A stretch of 64,000 nt of DNA. Source: an uncultured cyanobacterium (GTDB lineage Bacteria > Cyanobacteriota > Cyanobacteriia > Cyanobacteriales > Cyanobacteriaceae). Below, piece by piece: positions 20,006 through 29,079 of the stretch (its first letter is position 1; every line of letters starts with the position of its first letter). The position numbers and the translations under genes are program-made. The DNA lies in the NCBI GenBank assembly GCA_963710605.1, contig CAVQBA010000004.1, positions 1,152,001-1,216,000 on the forward strand. The letters are read 5' to 3'. Below the pieces are notes generated by a model that made no database searches, was not told where the DNA came from, and saw only the letters and a list, made by a program, of their open reading frames with translations.

Positions 20006-20135
20006 GAGGGTACAAGCCCTCTTGGTGGACGTTCCCTTGCGAAAAAGTGTGGTCTTGGGGGTATCCCCCATGAACAACTTTTTCAAGACGCGTCTTTCGC
20101 TTCTGTCAGCGGGCTTCCACCGCTTGCACCCCTAC
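20006..20135. repeat. GTAG-type REP-like palindrome with nested hairpin insert
   Basis: Outer arms AGGGTACAAGC / GCTTGCACCCCTAC; inner GGTGGA / TCCACC; central GAAAAAGT..GGGGGTATCCCCC..ACTTTTTC; GC-rich relative to background. Confidence 0.6.
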
Positions 20136-20194
20136 CAAATATTTTACATATAATTTAAAACTTAATTGAAATAACTATAAAATCATCAAACTAT

Positions 20195-21100
20195 TTAATA
20201 TTTAATACGATCGCGGTTATCGCCTGTTGGTACACTCTTTTCTAAAAATTCGATAATTTTATCGGCTACATCAACTTCAGAGGCTTTTTCGATACCTTCT
20301 AACCCTGGAGAGGAATTAACCTCCATCACTACTGGGCCATGATTAGAGCGTAATAAATCTACACCTGCTATTTTTAAACCCATTGCTTTAGCCGATCGTA
20401 TTGCGGTGCTTCTTTCTTCGGGTGTCAATTTAATTTTTTGAGCCGAGCCACCACGATGTAAATTAGAACGAAATTCGCCTTCGGGGCCTTGTCTTTTCAT
20501 TGAAGCAACGACTTTATTATTGACCACGAAACAACGAATATCCGCTCCTCCTGCTTCTTTAATAAATTCTTGCACTAAAATATTAGCATCTAAACCACGA
20601 AAGGCTTGAATCACAGAACTCGCCGCCTGTTGTGTTTCGGCTAAAACTACGCCTATACCTTGAGTGCCTTCTAACAGTTTAATGACTAATGGTGCTCCTC
20701 CCACTGTCTCAATTAATCCGTCAATATCCTCGGTACTATGAGCAAATCCTGTTACGGGTAAACCGATTCCTTCTCTTGCTAGAATTTGGACACATCTTAA
20801 TTTATCACGCGATCGAGAAATTGCCTGAGATTCATTTGCACTAAATACATTCATCACTTCAAATTGTCTGACTACCGACAAACCATAAAAAGTTTTCGAT
20901 GCCCCAATACGAGGAATAATGGCATCAAAATTTTCTAAAACACTTCCTCGATAAACAATGCTAGGACGATGAGATGTAATGTTCATATAACATCTAAGAT
21001 AGTTAACAATTTTAACTTCATGTCCTCGTTTTTCCCCTGCCTCTTTTAATCTTTTAGTCGAGTATAGGTTACCATTTTGAGATAAGATGGCAATTTTCAT
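20195..21100 (-). CDS. rimK: Ribosomal protein S6 glutaminyl ligase
   Basis: [47 protein letters not shown]. Confidence 0.93.
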   Translation of the reverse strand: MKIAILSQNGNLYSTKRLKEAGEKRGHEVKIVNYLRCYMNITSHRPSIVYRGSVLENFDAIIPRIGASKTFYGLSVVRQFEVMNVFSANESQAISRSRDKLRCVQILAREGIGLPVTGFAHSTEDIDGLIETVGGAPLVIKLLEGTQGIGVVLAETQQAASSVIQAFRGLDANILVQEFIKEAGGADIRCFVVNNKVVASMKRQGPEGEFRSNLHRGGSAQKIKLTPEERSTAIRSAKAMGLKIAGVDLLRSNHGPVVMEVNSSPGLEGIEKASEVDVADKIIEFLEKSVPTGDNRDRIKY

Positions 21101-21159
21101 ATATTAAGTTTTTATGACAATGTTTACTGTTGTTTATATTACCATTGTCGATTACTCAT

Positions 21160-21588
21160 TTATCTATCACCTATGGCTACAAATTGACTAGCCCCAAAAA
21201 TAGCTTCGTAATGGCGGTAAAACTTAAATTCCATAATATTATGAAAGGGATCTTCTAAAAAAAAAGTTCGATGTTCTGTTATCTTTCCCGCAAACCTTAA
21301 TCTAGCTTCTTCGTATAACGGTAAATCACGATCGTGACATTTATTTAACAAATCTTCCCAATCGGACTCATCAGTAAAAATGATGCCAAAATGACGAGGA
21401 TAAATACCTGATTGCTCGGTTAATTCGTCTTTATCGGTATGCCCTACTAATTGATGCCCGTAAAAATTAAAAATGACGGCGTGTTTATTTTCTCTGCCAA
21501 CTTTTGCACCTAAAACGTCACCGTAATAACGCTTAGCAGTATCAACATCGGTAATAGGTATCGCTAAATGAAAAATGATTTTATCCAT
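21160..21588 (-). CDS. VOC/glyoxalase family protein
   Basis: FHLA, FYGHQLV.H, PRHFG, DPFHNIMEFK. Confidence 0.85.
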   Translation of the reverse strand: MDKIIFHLAIPITDVDTAKRYYGDVLGAKVGRENKHAVIFNFYGHQLVGHTDKDELTEQSGIYPRHFGIIFTDESDWEDLLNKCHDRDLPLYEEARLRFAGKITEHRTFFLEDPFHNIMEFKFYRHYEAIFGASQFVAIGDR

Positions 21589-21744
21589 AGTTAATGATTA
21601 TAATAATTAATGGTAAACAGTTATCTTAAAAATACTAGTTAATGTTTGACGTTTCAACCACCCATGCTGACTTTTTACAAAGAAAAAAACTATTGTAGTT
21701 AAGCAGAGTCAAAATAAAATTAACCGTTGTAGAAGTATTCTTCA

Positions 21745-21783
21745 TTATCAATTATCAATTATCAATTATCAATTATCAATTAT
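21745..21783. repeat. Heptamer tandem array (TTATCAA)n
   Basis: About 5.5 units just upstream of the ABC permease start. Confidence 0.85.
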
Positions 21784-21801
21784 TTAATCTAGGTTTCGAT
21801 C

Positions 21802-22638
21802 GTGAGTAAGACCCAAAAAAAATGGCTTAATTTAACTTTAGTTTATTTATTATTAATTATCATTGCTTTGTTGATGTTGTTTCCGTTATTTTGGTTACTG
21901 GGAACATCATTTAAGTCAGCAGGAGAAGATATTTTTAGTTTTCCGCCTCAGTTTATACCCGAACAATTCACTTTAGAAAATTTTCAATCAGTTTGGCAAA
22001 ATTATCCTTTTGGACGTTATTTGTTTAATAGCTCATTCACTGCTATTTTAACAGTCGGTTTAAATGTTTTATTTTGTGCCTTAGCCGCCTATCCTTTAGC
22101 TAGATTAAATTTTAAAGGTAAAAAAATACTCTTTGCTTTAATTATTGCTACGATCATGATTCCGTTTCAAATTGTGATGATTCCTTTGTATATTTTCGTA
22201 GTTAATTTTGGCTTGAGAAATAGTTATTTAGGAATTATTTTACCAAATCTGGCTTCTGCTTTTGGTATTTTCTTACTCAGACAAGCATTCCAAGGAGTAC
22301 CTAAAGAATTAGAAGAAGCCGCCCGTATTGATGGTTGTAGTGAAATTGGTATTTGGTGGCATATTATGTTACCTGCTATTCGCCCTGCCACGATTACCTT
22401 AGCTATCTTTGTTTTTATTGGGGCGTGGAGTGATTTTCTCTGGCCGTTAATTATTCTCGATCGACCTGAGTATTATACTTTACCTATTGGTGTTGCTTCT
22501 TTAGCTAGTTCTCTTGACCTTAATTGGCGTTTTATTGCCGCAGGTTCTATTATTTCGATCGCTCCTGTTTTATTATTATTTATTATCTTACAAAAATATA
22601 TTATTCCCAGCGATGTCAGTACGGGTGTAAAAGGATGA
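21802..22638 (+). CDS. Carbohydrate ABC transporter permease (MalG-like)
   Basis: EAA loop ELEEAARIDG; several hydrophobic helices. Confidence 0.9.
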   Translation: MSKTQKKWLNLTLVYLLLIIIALLMLFPLFWLLGTSFKSAGEDIFSFPPQFIPEQFTLENFQSVWQNYPFGRYLFNSSFTAILTVGLNVLFCALAAYPLARLNFKGKKILFALIIATIMIPFQIVMIPLYIFVVNFGLRNSYLGIILPNLASAFGIFLLRQAFQGVPKELEEAARIDGCSEIGIWWHIMLPAIRPATITLAIFVFIGAWSDFLWPLIILDRPEYYTLPIGVASLASSLDLNWRFIAAGSIISIAPVLLLFIILQKYIIPSDVSTGVKG

Positions 22639-22666
22639 ATATTAATTAACAATTAGTAAATTAGTA

Positions 22667-23014
22667 TCACTTTTCCTCTATATTAGAATCCTCAATCAGA
22701 TCGGCAAAACCTGTAAGAGAAATAGGAGACTGATTTGGTAATTCTACCGTCAAATGCAATTTACCCCCCATAGCTTCGATATATCGTTGCAAGGTTGAGA
22801 GTAGCATATCAGAGCTTTTTTCTAAGCGTGATACATTGCCTTGAGACATTTTTAACTCTTTAGAAACTTTAACTTGGGTAAGCCCTACAGCTTGACGTAA
22901 CTTTTGTAAATTTTCATAAGCTTGTATCTTTTCTACCGCACGAGCTTTTATTTTTTCTTGACGCTCTTGGGAAAGTTCATCCCATACTGCTTGTAATAAT
23001 GGCCCTTTTGTCAT
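22667..23014 (-). CDS. XRE/HTH antitoxin (HigA-like)
   Basis: LRQAVGLTQ..SQGNVSRLEK..LSTLQRYIEAMGG; overlaps the toxin stop by 4 bp. Confidence 0.85.
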   Translation of the reverse strand: MTKGPLLQAVWDELSQERQEKIKARAVEKIQAYENLQKLRQAVGLTQVKVSKELKMSQGNVSRLEKSSDMLLSTLQRYIEAMGGKLHLTVELPNQSPISLTGFADLIEDSNIEEK

Positions 23015-23373
23015 GACTTTTTCTCTTTTAATTTCTGTAAATGTTGATCAAAACGTCTGTCTGCTTTCTTAATAAGTTGTTTGTAAAATCGTGAACTGCT
23101 CACTCCTGATTTATCCCCTGCAATTAGTAAGATAGCTTGTCTATCTGGGTCAAATGCAAATGCACAACGCCATACACCATTATCGGCATTGAACCTAAGT
23201 TCTTTCATGTTGCTATGCTTCGAGTTTTTTAGTGTGTCCACTGTTGGACGACCAAGAAACGAACCGAATTTTTCCAGCATTTCTAACTCTATCAAGAGTG
23301 CATCTTGTACATTTTCTGAAAACTGAGTAAAATCATCTTTAAAAGATGAATGAAAATCAATAATCCAATTCAT
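23011..23373 (-). CDS. Type II toxin, RelE/ParE (HigB-like)
   Basis: LGRPTVDTLKNSKHSNMKELR, WRCAFAFDPDRQAILLIAGDK. Confidence 0.88.
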   Translation of the reverse strand: MNWIIDFHSSFKDDFTQFSENVQDALLIELEMLEKFGSFLGRPTVDTLKNSKHSNMKELRFNADNGVWRCAFAFDPDRQAILLIAGDKSGVSSSRFYKQLIKKADRRFDQHLQKLKEKKS

Positions 23374-23395
23374 CTACTAATTTATCATAAAATAC

Positions 23396-23415
23396 ATATA
23401 TCATTAATGATATAT
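23396..23415. promoter_or_regulatory. Perfect 20-bp palindrome, putative TA autoregulatory operator
   Basis: ATATATCATTAATGATATAT, 22 bp upstream of the toxin ATG. Confidence 0.6.
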
Positions 23416-23452
23416 TCTTCGGTATTTTTCCGCTTGTCATTGTTTAGAAAAC

Positions 23453-23481
23453 AAAAAAAAGAGCGAATGTTACTTCACTCT
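23453..23481 (-). terminator. Intrinsic terminator of fbaA
   Basis: Minus strand AAGAGTGAA-GTAACA-TTCGCTCTT followed by a T run. Confidence 0.65.
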
Positions 23482-23551
23482 TAGCAATTACGATCGTCTT
23501 TCTCTAAATTAATTAAGATATCGATCGTACAAATATTTATTGATGATGTAA

Positions 23552-24631
23552 TTAAACAGCTACGGTTGTTTTTTTGGTAGAACTTAATTCACCTTTAGCA
23601 TATTTAGCTGCATATTCATCTAAACCGATTTGTTTGATTTTACTTGCATTACCAGCAGTCCAGAATTGTTGATAACGATCGGCACAAACTTGTTTCATGT
23701 ACTTCATCGAAGGTTTTAGGAAGTGACGAGGATCGAAGTTTGAAGGATCTTTTGTTGCCGCTTCACGGATTGCCGCGGTGATAGCCAAACGGTTATCAGT
23801 ATCGATGTTTACTTTACGAACACCACTTTTGATTCCTTTTTGAATTTCTTCAACAGGTACACCGTAAGTTTCAGGGATGTTACCGCCGTTAGCGTTGATC
23901 ATTTCTAACCATTCTTGAGGTACAGAAGAAGAGCCGTGCATTACTAAGTGAGTATTAGGTAATTTAGCATGAATTTCTTCAATACGACTAATAGCTAAAA
24001 TTTCACCAGTAGGTTTACGGGTAAACTTGTATGCACCGTGACTTGTACCGATCGCAACTGCCAAAGCATCTACTTGAGTACGTTCGACAAATTCAACAGC
24101 TTCTTGAGGATCGGTTAAAAGTTGTTCACGATCTAATTTACCTTCAAAACCATGACCATCTTCAGCTTCACCTTGACCAGTTTCTAATGAACCTAGACAA
24201 CCTAATTCACCTTCTACACTAGCACCAACAGAGTGAGCTACTTCCACAACTTTTGCTGTTACATCGACGTTATAGTCAAAACTAGCAGGTGTTTTAGCAT
24301 CTTCTTCTAAAGAGCCATCCATCATAACGCTAGTAAAACCGTTACGAATAGCAGAATAACAAGTTGCAGGGCTGTTACCATGATCTTGGTGCATTGCAAT
24401 GGGAATATGAGGATAAGTTTCAACTGCCGCTACAATTAAGTGACGAAGAAAGTTTTCACCAGCATATTTACGAGCACCACGAGAAGCTTGTAAGATGACA
24501 GGGCTATCGGTTTCGTTAGCCGCATCCATGATTGCAAGAATCTGCTCTAAGTTGTTTACATTAAATGCAGGAATACCATAATTGTTTTCAGCGGCATGAT
24601 TTAAAAGCAACCGCATTGGTACTAAAGCCAT
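23552..24631 (-). CDS. fbaA: Fructose-bisphosphate aldolase class II
   Basis: [35 protein letters not shown]. Confidence 0.96.
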   Translation of the reverse strand: MALVPMRLLLNHAAENNYGIPAFNVNNLEQILAIMDAANETDSPVILQASRGARKYAGENFLRHLIVAAVETYPHIPIAMHQDHGNSPATCYSAIRNGFTSVMMDGSLEEDAKTPASFDYNVDVTAKVVEVAHSVGASVEGELGCLGSLETGQGEAEDGHGFEGKLDREQLLTDPQEAVEFVERTQVDALAVAIGTSHGAYKFTRKPTGEILAISRIEEIHAKLPNTHLVMHGSSSVPQEWLEMINANGGNIPETYGVPVEEIQKGIKSGVRKVNIDTDNRLAITAAIREAATKDPSNFDPRHFLKPSMKYMKQVCADRYQQFWTAGNASKIKQIGLDEYAAKYAKGELSSTKKTTVAV

Positions 24632-24894
24632 ATATATCCTCCTGATATTTTATTTTAATTATTTTAGAATTTTCGTATTTAAAGAATCTTAACTCATTTA
24701 GGGGCAGTTAACAATGGACAAGAAACAATTTATCATTTAAAATTGTATTCTTTTTTTTATTTTTGTCACTATCTATGGTCATATTTTAATTATAGTGACG
24801 ATTGTAAATACTCAATCTTCAGAATACAAACTAAATCATTGACCAACGATTATTATTTTCTTCATTGGACTGAGTTAATATTAATGATGTCTAT

Positions 24895-25404
24895 TTATTT
24901 AGGAACAAATCGATAACGACGATTAGCTTTTAATTCTGCCTCTTGTCTTGATTCTGCCCAGATTGTTAATTGCTCACGAGTTAAAATTTGTCTCATTTCT
25001 AAAGTGGCGTCAAAACGTACATTTTGTATTTTTTCGCTTAATTGCCAGACATTTTGTTGTTGATTTCTTAATTGAGATTCTGATGCGTTGTCTTGCATCA
25101 TCTTACGTAGTTGTGTTTGTTCGTTACGTAATTGTTTTCTCAAATTAAGTATCTCTGGGCGATATTTAGTTTGAATGTTTTGCCATTTTTGTTTTTGGCT
25201 ATTACTTAAATCTAATTTATCAAAAAATCTTTTTTCTTTAATACTTTCATCTGCTAGTATTTCGACAAAACTATTATCGATATTTGTTGAATTTAATAAT
25301 GATTGCTCAACATCAGGTATATTCTCGACAGCCAAAGTATTTGTGCTAATACCAACTGTTGCTAATAGTGTGGTAATTGCAATGACAGTAACTTTTTTTT
25401 TCAT
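24895..25404 (-). CDS. Spy/CpxP family periplasmic protein
   Basis: Signal peptide; LDLSNSQ and ILTREQ (LTxxQ) motifs. Confidence 0.8.
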   Translation of the reverse strand: MKKKVTVIAITTLLATVGISTNTLAVENIPDVEQSLLNSTNIDNSFVEILADESIKEKRFFDKLDLSNSQKQKWQNIQTKYRPEILNLRKQLRNEQTQLRKMMQDNASESQLRNQQQNVWQLSEKIQNVRFDATLEMRQILTREQLTIWAESRQEAELKANRRYRFVPK

Positions 25405-25557
25405 TATTTAAGTTTAGATATTTAATTGAACTTTATAACTGGGTTAATACTTTGCTAGAAAAACTACTAATCATAGCTATAGCAACTACTCCAAAACTAT
25501 CAGTTAATTTTTTTAAAAAAATTAATTGTTTGTTATTTATTTTTCCAACTACGACGA

Positions 25558-26067
25558 TTATCCATCGCTTCTGAAAGATTCTTGTCTTTGTTGAGTAGTT
25601 AAAACTTCTCTCATTTCTAACATCGCTTCAAAATGTTGATTGCGCATTTTTTGGCTTATTTGTAAAACATTTTTATGTTGATTTCTTAATTGAGATTCTG
25701 ATGTATCAGTTTCCATCATTTGACCTAATTTCTCTTTTTCTACTCGCATCTCTTGTCTCAAAGTTTGGATTTGCGGTTGATATTTATCCCGAATATTTTT
25801 CATTTGCTCCTGCTGAGACGTGCTAAGATTCAATTTTTCAAAAATATTTTTTTCCTTTTTAAAATCGTTATCATCTCTATTTTTTTGAGTAATAACCTTT
25901 TGTGAGGTATTAACATTCGTTGTTTTTTCGGTTGAGGAAAATTGATTAGAAGCAAAAACATTACCGGCAATAAAGCCAATACTAATCACACCCGCAGTCA
26001 TAACAAATAAATTGGTAACTTTTTTCATCTTGTTTATTTTTTTATTAACTAATTTTGACACAACCAA
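25558..26067 (-). CDS. Spy/CpxP family periplasmic protein (tandem paralogue; possible +1 frameshift near the C-terminus)
   Basis: LNLSTSQ, VLTTQQ; likely start ATG 26028; removing one base at ~25578 gives ...QRQELSEAMDNRRSWKNK*. Confidence 0.8.
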   Translation of the reverse strand: MVVSKLVNKKINKMKKVTNLFVMTAGVISIGFIAGNVFASNQFSSTEKTTNVNTSQKVITQKNRDDNDFKKEKNIFEKLNLSTSQQEQMKNIRDKYQPQIQTLRQEMRVEKEKLGQMMETDTSESQLRNQHKNVLQISQKMRNQHFEAMLEMREVLTTQQRQESFRSDG

Positions 26068-26124
26068 TAATTAATTTTTAGAAAGCTTTCTTTTTTCATT
26101 TTAAGCCTAATTTCATCACGAAAA

Positions 26125-26520
26125 TTAGTCACTAGTTACAACTAAATAAAGAGAATCTTGTTGTTCATTACTAATCACCTGCTCGTTCGGAATTACGATC
26201 GAATCTTGCCAACTATTAACCATAAAAGTATGTATATCTTCTTCATAATCTACAACTATTTGGGGTGATAATTTCTGTTGCCATAAATGATTAAAAACCA
26301 TGATCAAACTAGAAACCAATGTAATTGGTAATAACCAAAACAATTGTTTAGCTTGGCGTTTTTTCACCTTAGCGTGTGGCTCAATATTAGAAGCGGTAAT
26401 ACTTCTCATGATCAAATCTTCACAGGGTTTTGTTTCTGATGGTGGTAAAGAAGAATAAGTTTGTAAAAAATTAACTAATCCATCATCTGAACAATTATTT
26501 TCTGAATCAAATTCTTTCAT
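26125..26520 (-). CDS. Putative membrane anti-sigma factor
   Basis: Single transmembrane helix; overlaps the ECF sigma stop codon. Confidence 0.6.
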   Translation of the reverse strand: MKEFDSENNCSDDGLVNFLQTYSSLPPSETKPCEDLIMRSITASNIEPHAKVKKRQAKQLFWLLPITLVSSLIMVFNHLWQQKLSPQIVVDYEEDIHTFMVNSWQDSIVIPNEQVISNEQQDSLYLVVTSD

Positions 26521-27113
26521 ATAGTAATACCTTCACTTTCTAAATAACTACGTAAATTTTTTCGTGCTTGAGATAGTCGAGACTTAACAGTACCTACAGG
26601 AATAGATAAAATATCAGCTACTTCTTTTTGTTGTAAATCTTCTAAATCGTGCAAAACGATTACCACCCGATGATCTAAACTTAAGTTTTGTAAAGCTTTA
26701 TTGACTAAATCTTCGTAATGTAAACGGTTTAATCCTTTATTTATATCCTGACTAGATTTAGCTAAATCATATTCTAAAGACTGTTTTGCCTGATTAATTC
26801 GAGCTGAGCGTCGTTGGTGAGCTTTTTTATTAGCTAAACCTTGATCGCAAGCTACATTCCAACAGATACGATAAAGCCAAGTAGAAAAATAATCAGGATT
26901 TCTTAATTTAGGTAATGATTTCCAAACTTTGAAAAAAACTTCTTGTTGCAAATCATCAAGTAAATCTTGACCGCATAGTTTATAAAGAGTTGCTCTTACT
27001 TTATGCTGATAACGTTGGTATAGTAAACGAAAATAGCTTGTATCTCCTAACTGACATTTTTTGACTAACTGAGTGTCTGTCATTTGAGAATTTTCATCAG
27101 CTAACACTTTCAT
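26517..27113 (-). CDS. sigH: ECF (group 4) RNA polymerase sigma factor, SigH-like
   Basis: DLQQEVF..W, FSTWLYRI, GTVKSRL; the order sigma/anti-sigma/Spy resembles the Synechocystis sigH locus as I recall it. Confidence 0.7.
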   Translation of the reverse strand: MKVLADENSQMTDTQLVKKCQLGDTSYFRLLYQRYQHKVRATLYKLCGQDLLDDLQQEVFFKVWKSLPKLRNPDYFSTWLYRICWNVACDQGLANKKAHQRRSARINQAKQSLEYDLAKSSQDINKGLNRLHYEDLVNKALQNLSLDHRVVIVLHDLEDLQQKEVADILSIPVGTVKSRLSQARKNLRSYLESEGITI

Positions 27114-27349
27114 TTTATAGATTATTTATTGGTGGTTGCTATTTTTTAGACCGTATTTTTAATCAAAAAGTTCATTAATTGATCTAAATAGTCGATTGTG
27201 AAAAATCTGATAGGGAAAAAAGAAACATTAATTTTAGGCACTTTCACCGTTTTCTAAAAATTATATCTTGGGTTTTGATGGACAAAAAAATGAGATGATA
27301 GAAATCATTGTTAACGATCGAATAATCTGTAGTTGTATCAGTCAATAGT

Positions 27350-28045
27350 ATGAAAGTTATTTTAATCAGTGGTGCAAGTAGAGGAATCGGGCGAAAAATA
27401 GCTGAGCATTTAATCACACAAAACTATTGTTTAAGTTTGGGAGTAAGAGATAGTAATTCTCTAGACGACGACGATGATAGTGTCTTAAGTAATCATCCTC
27501 ATGTTTTAATTCATCATTACGAGGCGACAGATAAACAATCCCATATTCAATGGATAAAAGCAACAATCGATCGATTCGATCGAATTGATGGTGTAATTAA
27601 TTGTGCTGGAATACTCAGTCGTTTACAATTTACCGAGGATAATGAAGACGAATTAGATAAGCTGTGGGAAATAAATGTAAAAGCACCTTGGCGGTTAACA
27701 AGAGAAGCATTTCCTTATCTAAAAAAATCAGGAGAAGGAAGAGTAATTAATTTAGTTTCTATGTCGGGTAAAAGAGTAAAAGGCATTTTAGCCGGTTATA
27801 GTGCCAGTAAATTTGCCTTTCTAGCATTACATCAAAGTATGCGTAACATTGGTTGGGATGATGGCATTAGAGTAACAGCTATTTGTCCTAGTTTTGTTAA
27901 CACTGATATGGCAAAAGGAGTCAGTCTTTCTCCAGATAAAATGACTCAACCAGAAGACATAGCCTCGATCGTTGCTATGATTTTACGTTTACCCAATACT
28001 GCTTACATAGACGAAATTTTAATCAATTTTCAGCTCGAAAAATAA
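27350..28045 (+). CDS. SDR family oxidoreductase
   Basis: SGASRGIG, NCAG, YSASK. Confidence 0.9.
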   Translation: MKVILISGASRGIGRKIAEHLITQNYCLSLGVRDSNSLDDDDDSVLSNHPHVLIHHYEATDKQSHIQWIKATIDRFDRIDGVINCAGILSRLQFTEDNEDELDKLWEINVKAPWRLTREAFPYLKKSGEGRVINLVSMSGKRVKGILAGYSASKFAFLALHQSMRNIGWDDGIRVTAICPSFVNTDMAKGVSLSPDKMTQPEDIASIVAMILRLPNTAYIDEILINFQLEK

Positions 28046-28206
28046 TCTAGTTTCAAATCGATCGATATTAACTAATACCATATTCTAGAAAGAAAAAGAC
28101 AGATTAATGATAAGTAAATCTAGAGTACTTACAACTAACTTTAGCAAGATTGAATAGAAATGGTATAACAAGACGTAATTAGTTGACAGTTAACAAGCAA
28201 TTCCCA

Positions 28207-28261
28207 CCGAATAATTGCGGACAGTGCAAGAATTCAGATGAATTCTCAATTCTCAATTCTC
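28207..28261. repeat. 30-bp small dispersed repeat plus (AATTCTC)n array
   Basis: CCGAATAATTGC-N7-GCAAGAATTCA; second copy at 48064-48093. Confidence 0.75.
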
Positions 28262-28311
28262 ACCGAAGACGTGCTTCGATAAGGGATTCATCTCAATTAT
28301 TTCCTACCCCC

Positions 28312-28340
28312 TTGTCATTCTAAATTTTCCAAGTTAGAAT
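28312..28340 (+). promoter_or_regulatory. Sigma70-type promoter
   Basis: TTGTCA-17 bp-TAGAAT. Confidence 0.6.
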
Positions 28341-28346
28341 AAGGAT

Positions 28347-28665
28347 GTACGCAATAAAAACATTATAAATACCGTTCAGGAATAAAGGAGGTGATGCCCA
28401 TGATAGATAGTAGCAGTAGTATCAGTTATAACGTAGTGGGTTCCCTTAATTCTTTTAACTCAGCTGTGTGCTGAAGCTGTTTAGAAAGTTTATCAGAGTA
28501 GATATTAAAGATTAAAATATATTAATCAAGTATTCATTCTAATATACCAAAAATTCCTTTCAGCAGTTAGAGGTTAAAAGATGAGGAAAACCTACATCAA
28601 CTTAACTCTTACAAAATTAAAGACCTCAGATAGTTAGTCAAAGTACTTCTATTTGAGGTCTTTTT
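28347..28665 (+). ncRNA. Candidate structured sRNA / small-ORF transcript
   Basis: Own promoter and terminator; AAGGAGGTGAT SD; 24-codon ORF at 28400-28474; long imperfect pairing between 28433-28475 and 28557-28595. Confidence 0.55.
28619..28665 (+). terminator. Intrinsic terminator
   Basis: AAAGACCTCAGATAG...CTATTTGAGGTCTTT followed by T residues. Confidence 0.75.
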
Positions 28666-28703
28666 ATTGTTGAAAAATAAGAGTTAATATTTGGCGATAA
28701 GTT

Positions 28704-28736
28704 CGATCGTTTTGAAGACACGGCGCTGCGCGATCG
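28704..28736. repeat. 21-nt GC-rich insert flanked by two HIP1 cores (SDR5-like)
   Basis: CGATCG-TTTTGAAGACACGGCGCTGCG-CGATCG. Confidence 0.5.
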
Positions 28737-29060
28737 TAATTAGTTTTTTGATTTTGATTGTAATCGGATATTCACAGTCAATGACGATTAGTAAAAGTTG
28801 ACTCCCAGATAGAGAAATAGATGGGCTAGTTTGAAAGGTATTTAAAGATAAAATCAGTCAAATTGTCTAAAAAGTAAAATGCTTGTAATAATGGCAGACA
28901 AAGGATTTTAGTGATATTCCATAAAAAAAGTCATTGTAAATTAATAAAATTGACATTTTTAGTACACATCTTTATAAATTCATGTTAATATTGTTTTCAA
29001 GAGGAAAGTTATTAACCTAATTTTAAACTCTTAAATTAAATGTGAAAATCCTTAAATAAG

Positions 29061-29069
29061 GTGTGAGGA
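29061..29069 (+). promoter_or_regulatory. Putative Yfr1 sRNA target site in the porin RBS
   Basis: GTGTGAGGA, 10 nt before the ATG, complementary to 9 of 11 nt of the Yfr1 motif ACUCCUCACAC. Confidence 0.65.
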
Positions 29070-29079
29070 CGCTAAAAAA

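Noticed and set aside
19768-20073. 101-aa ORF
   Set aside because: TTG start; made of repeat-derived low-complexity sequence (RTRRTQRGERRERRR)
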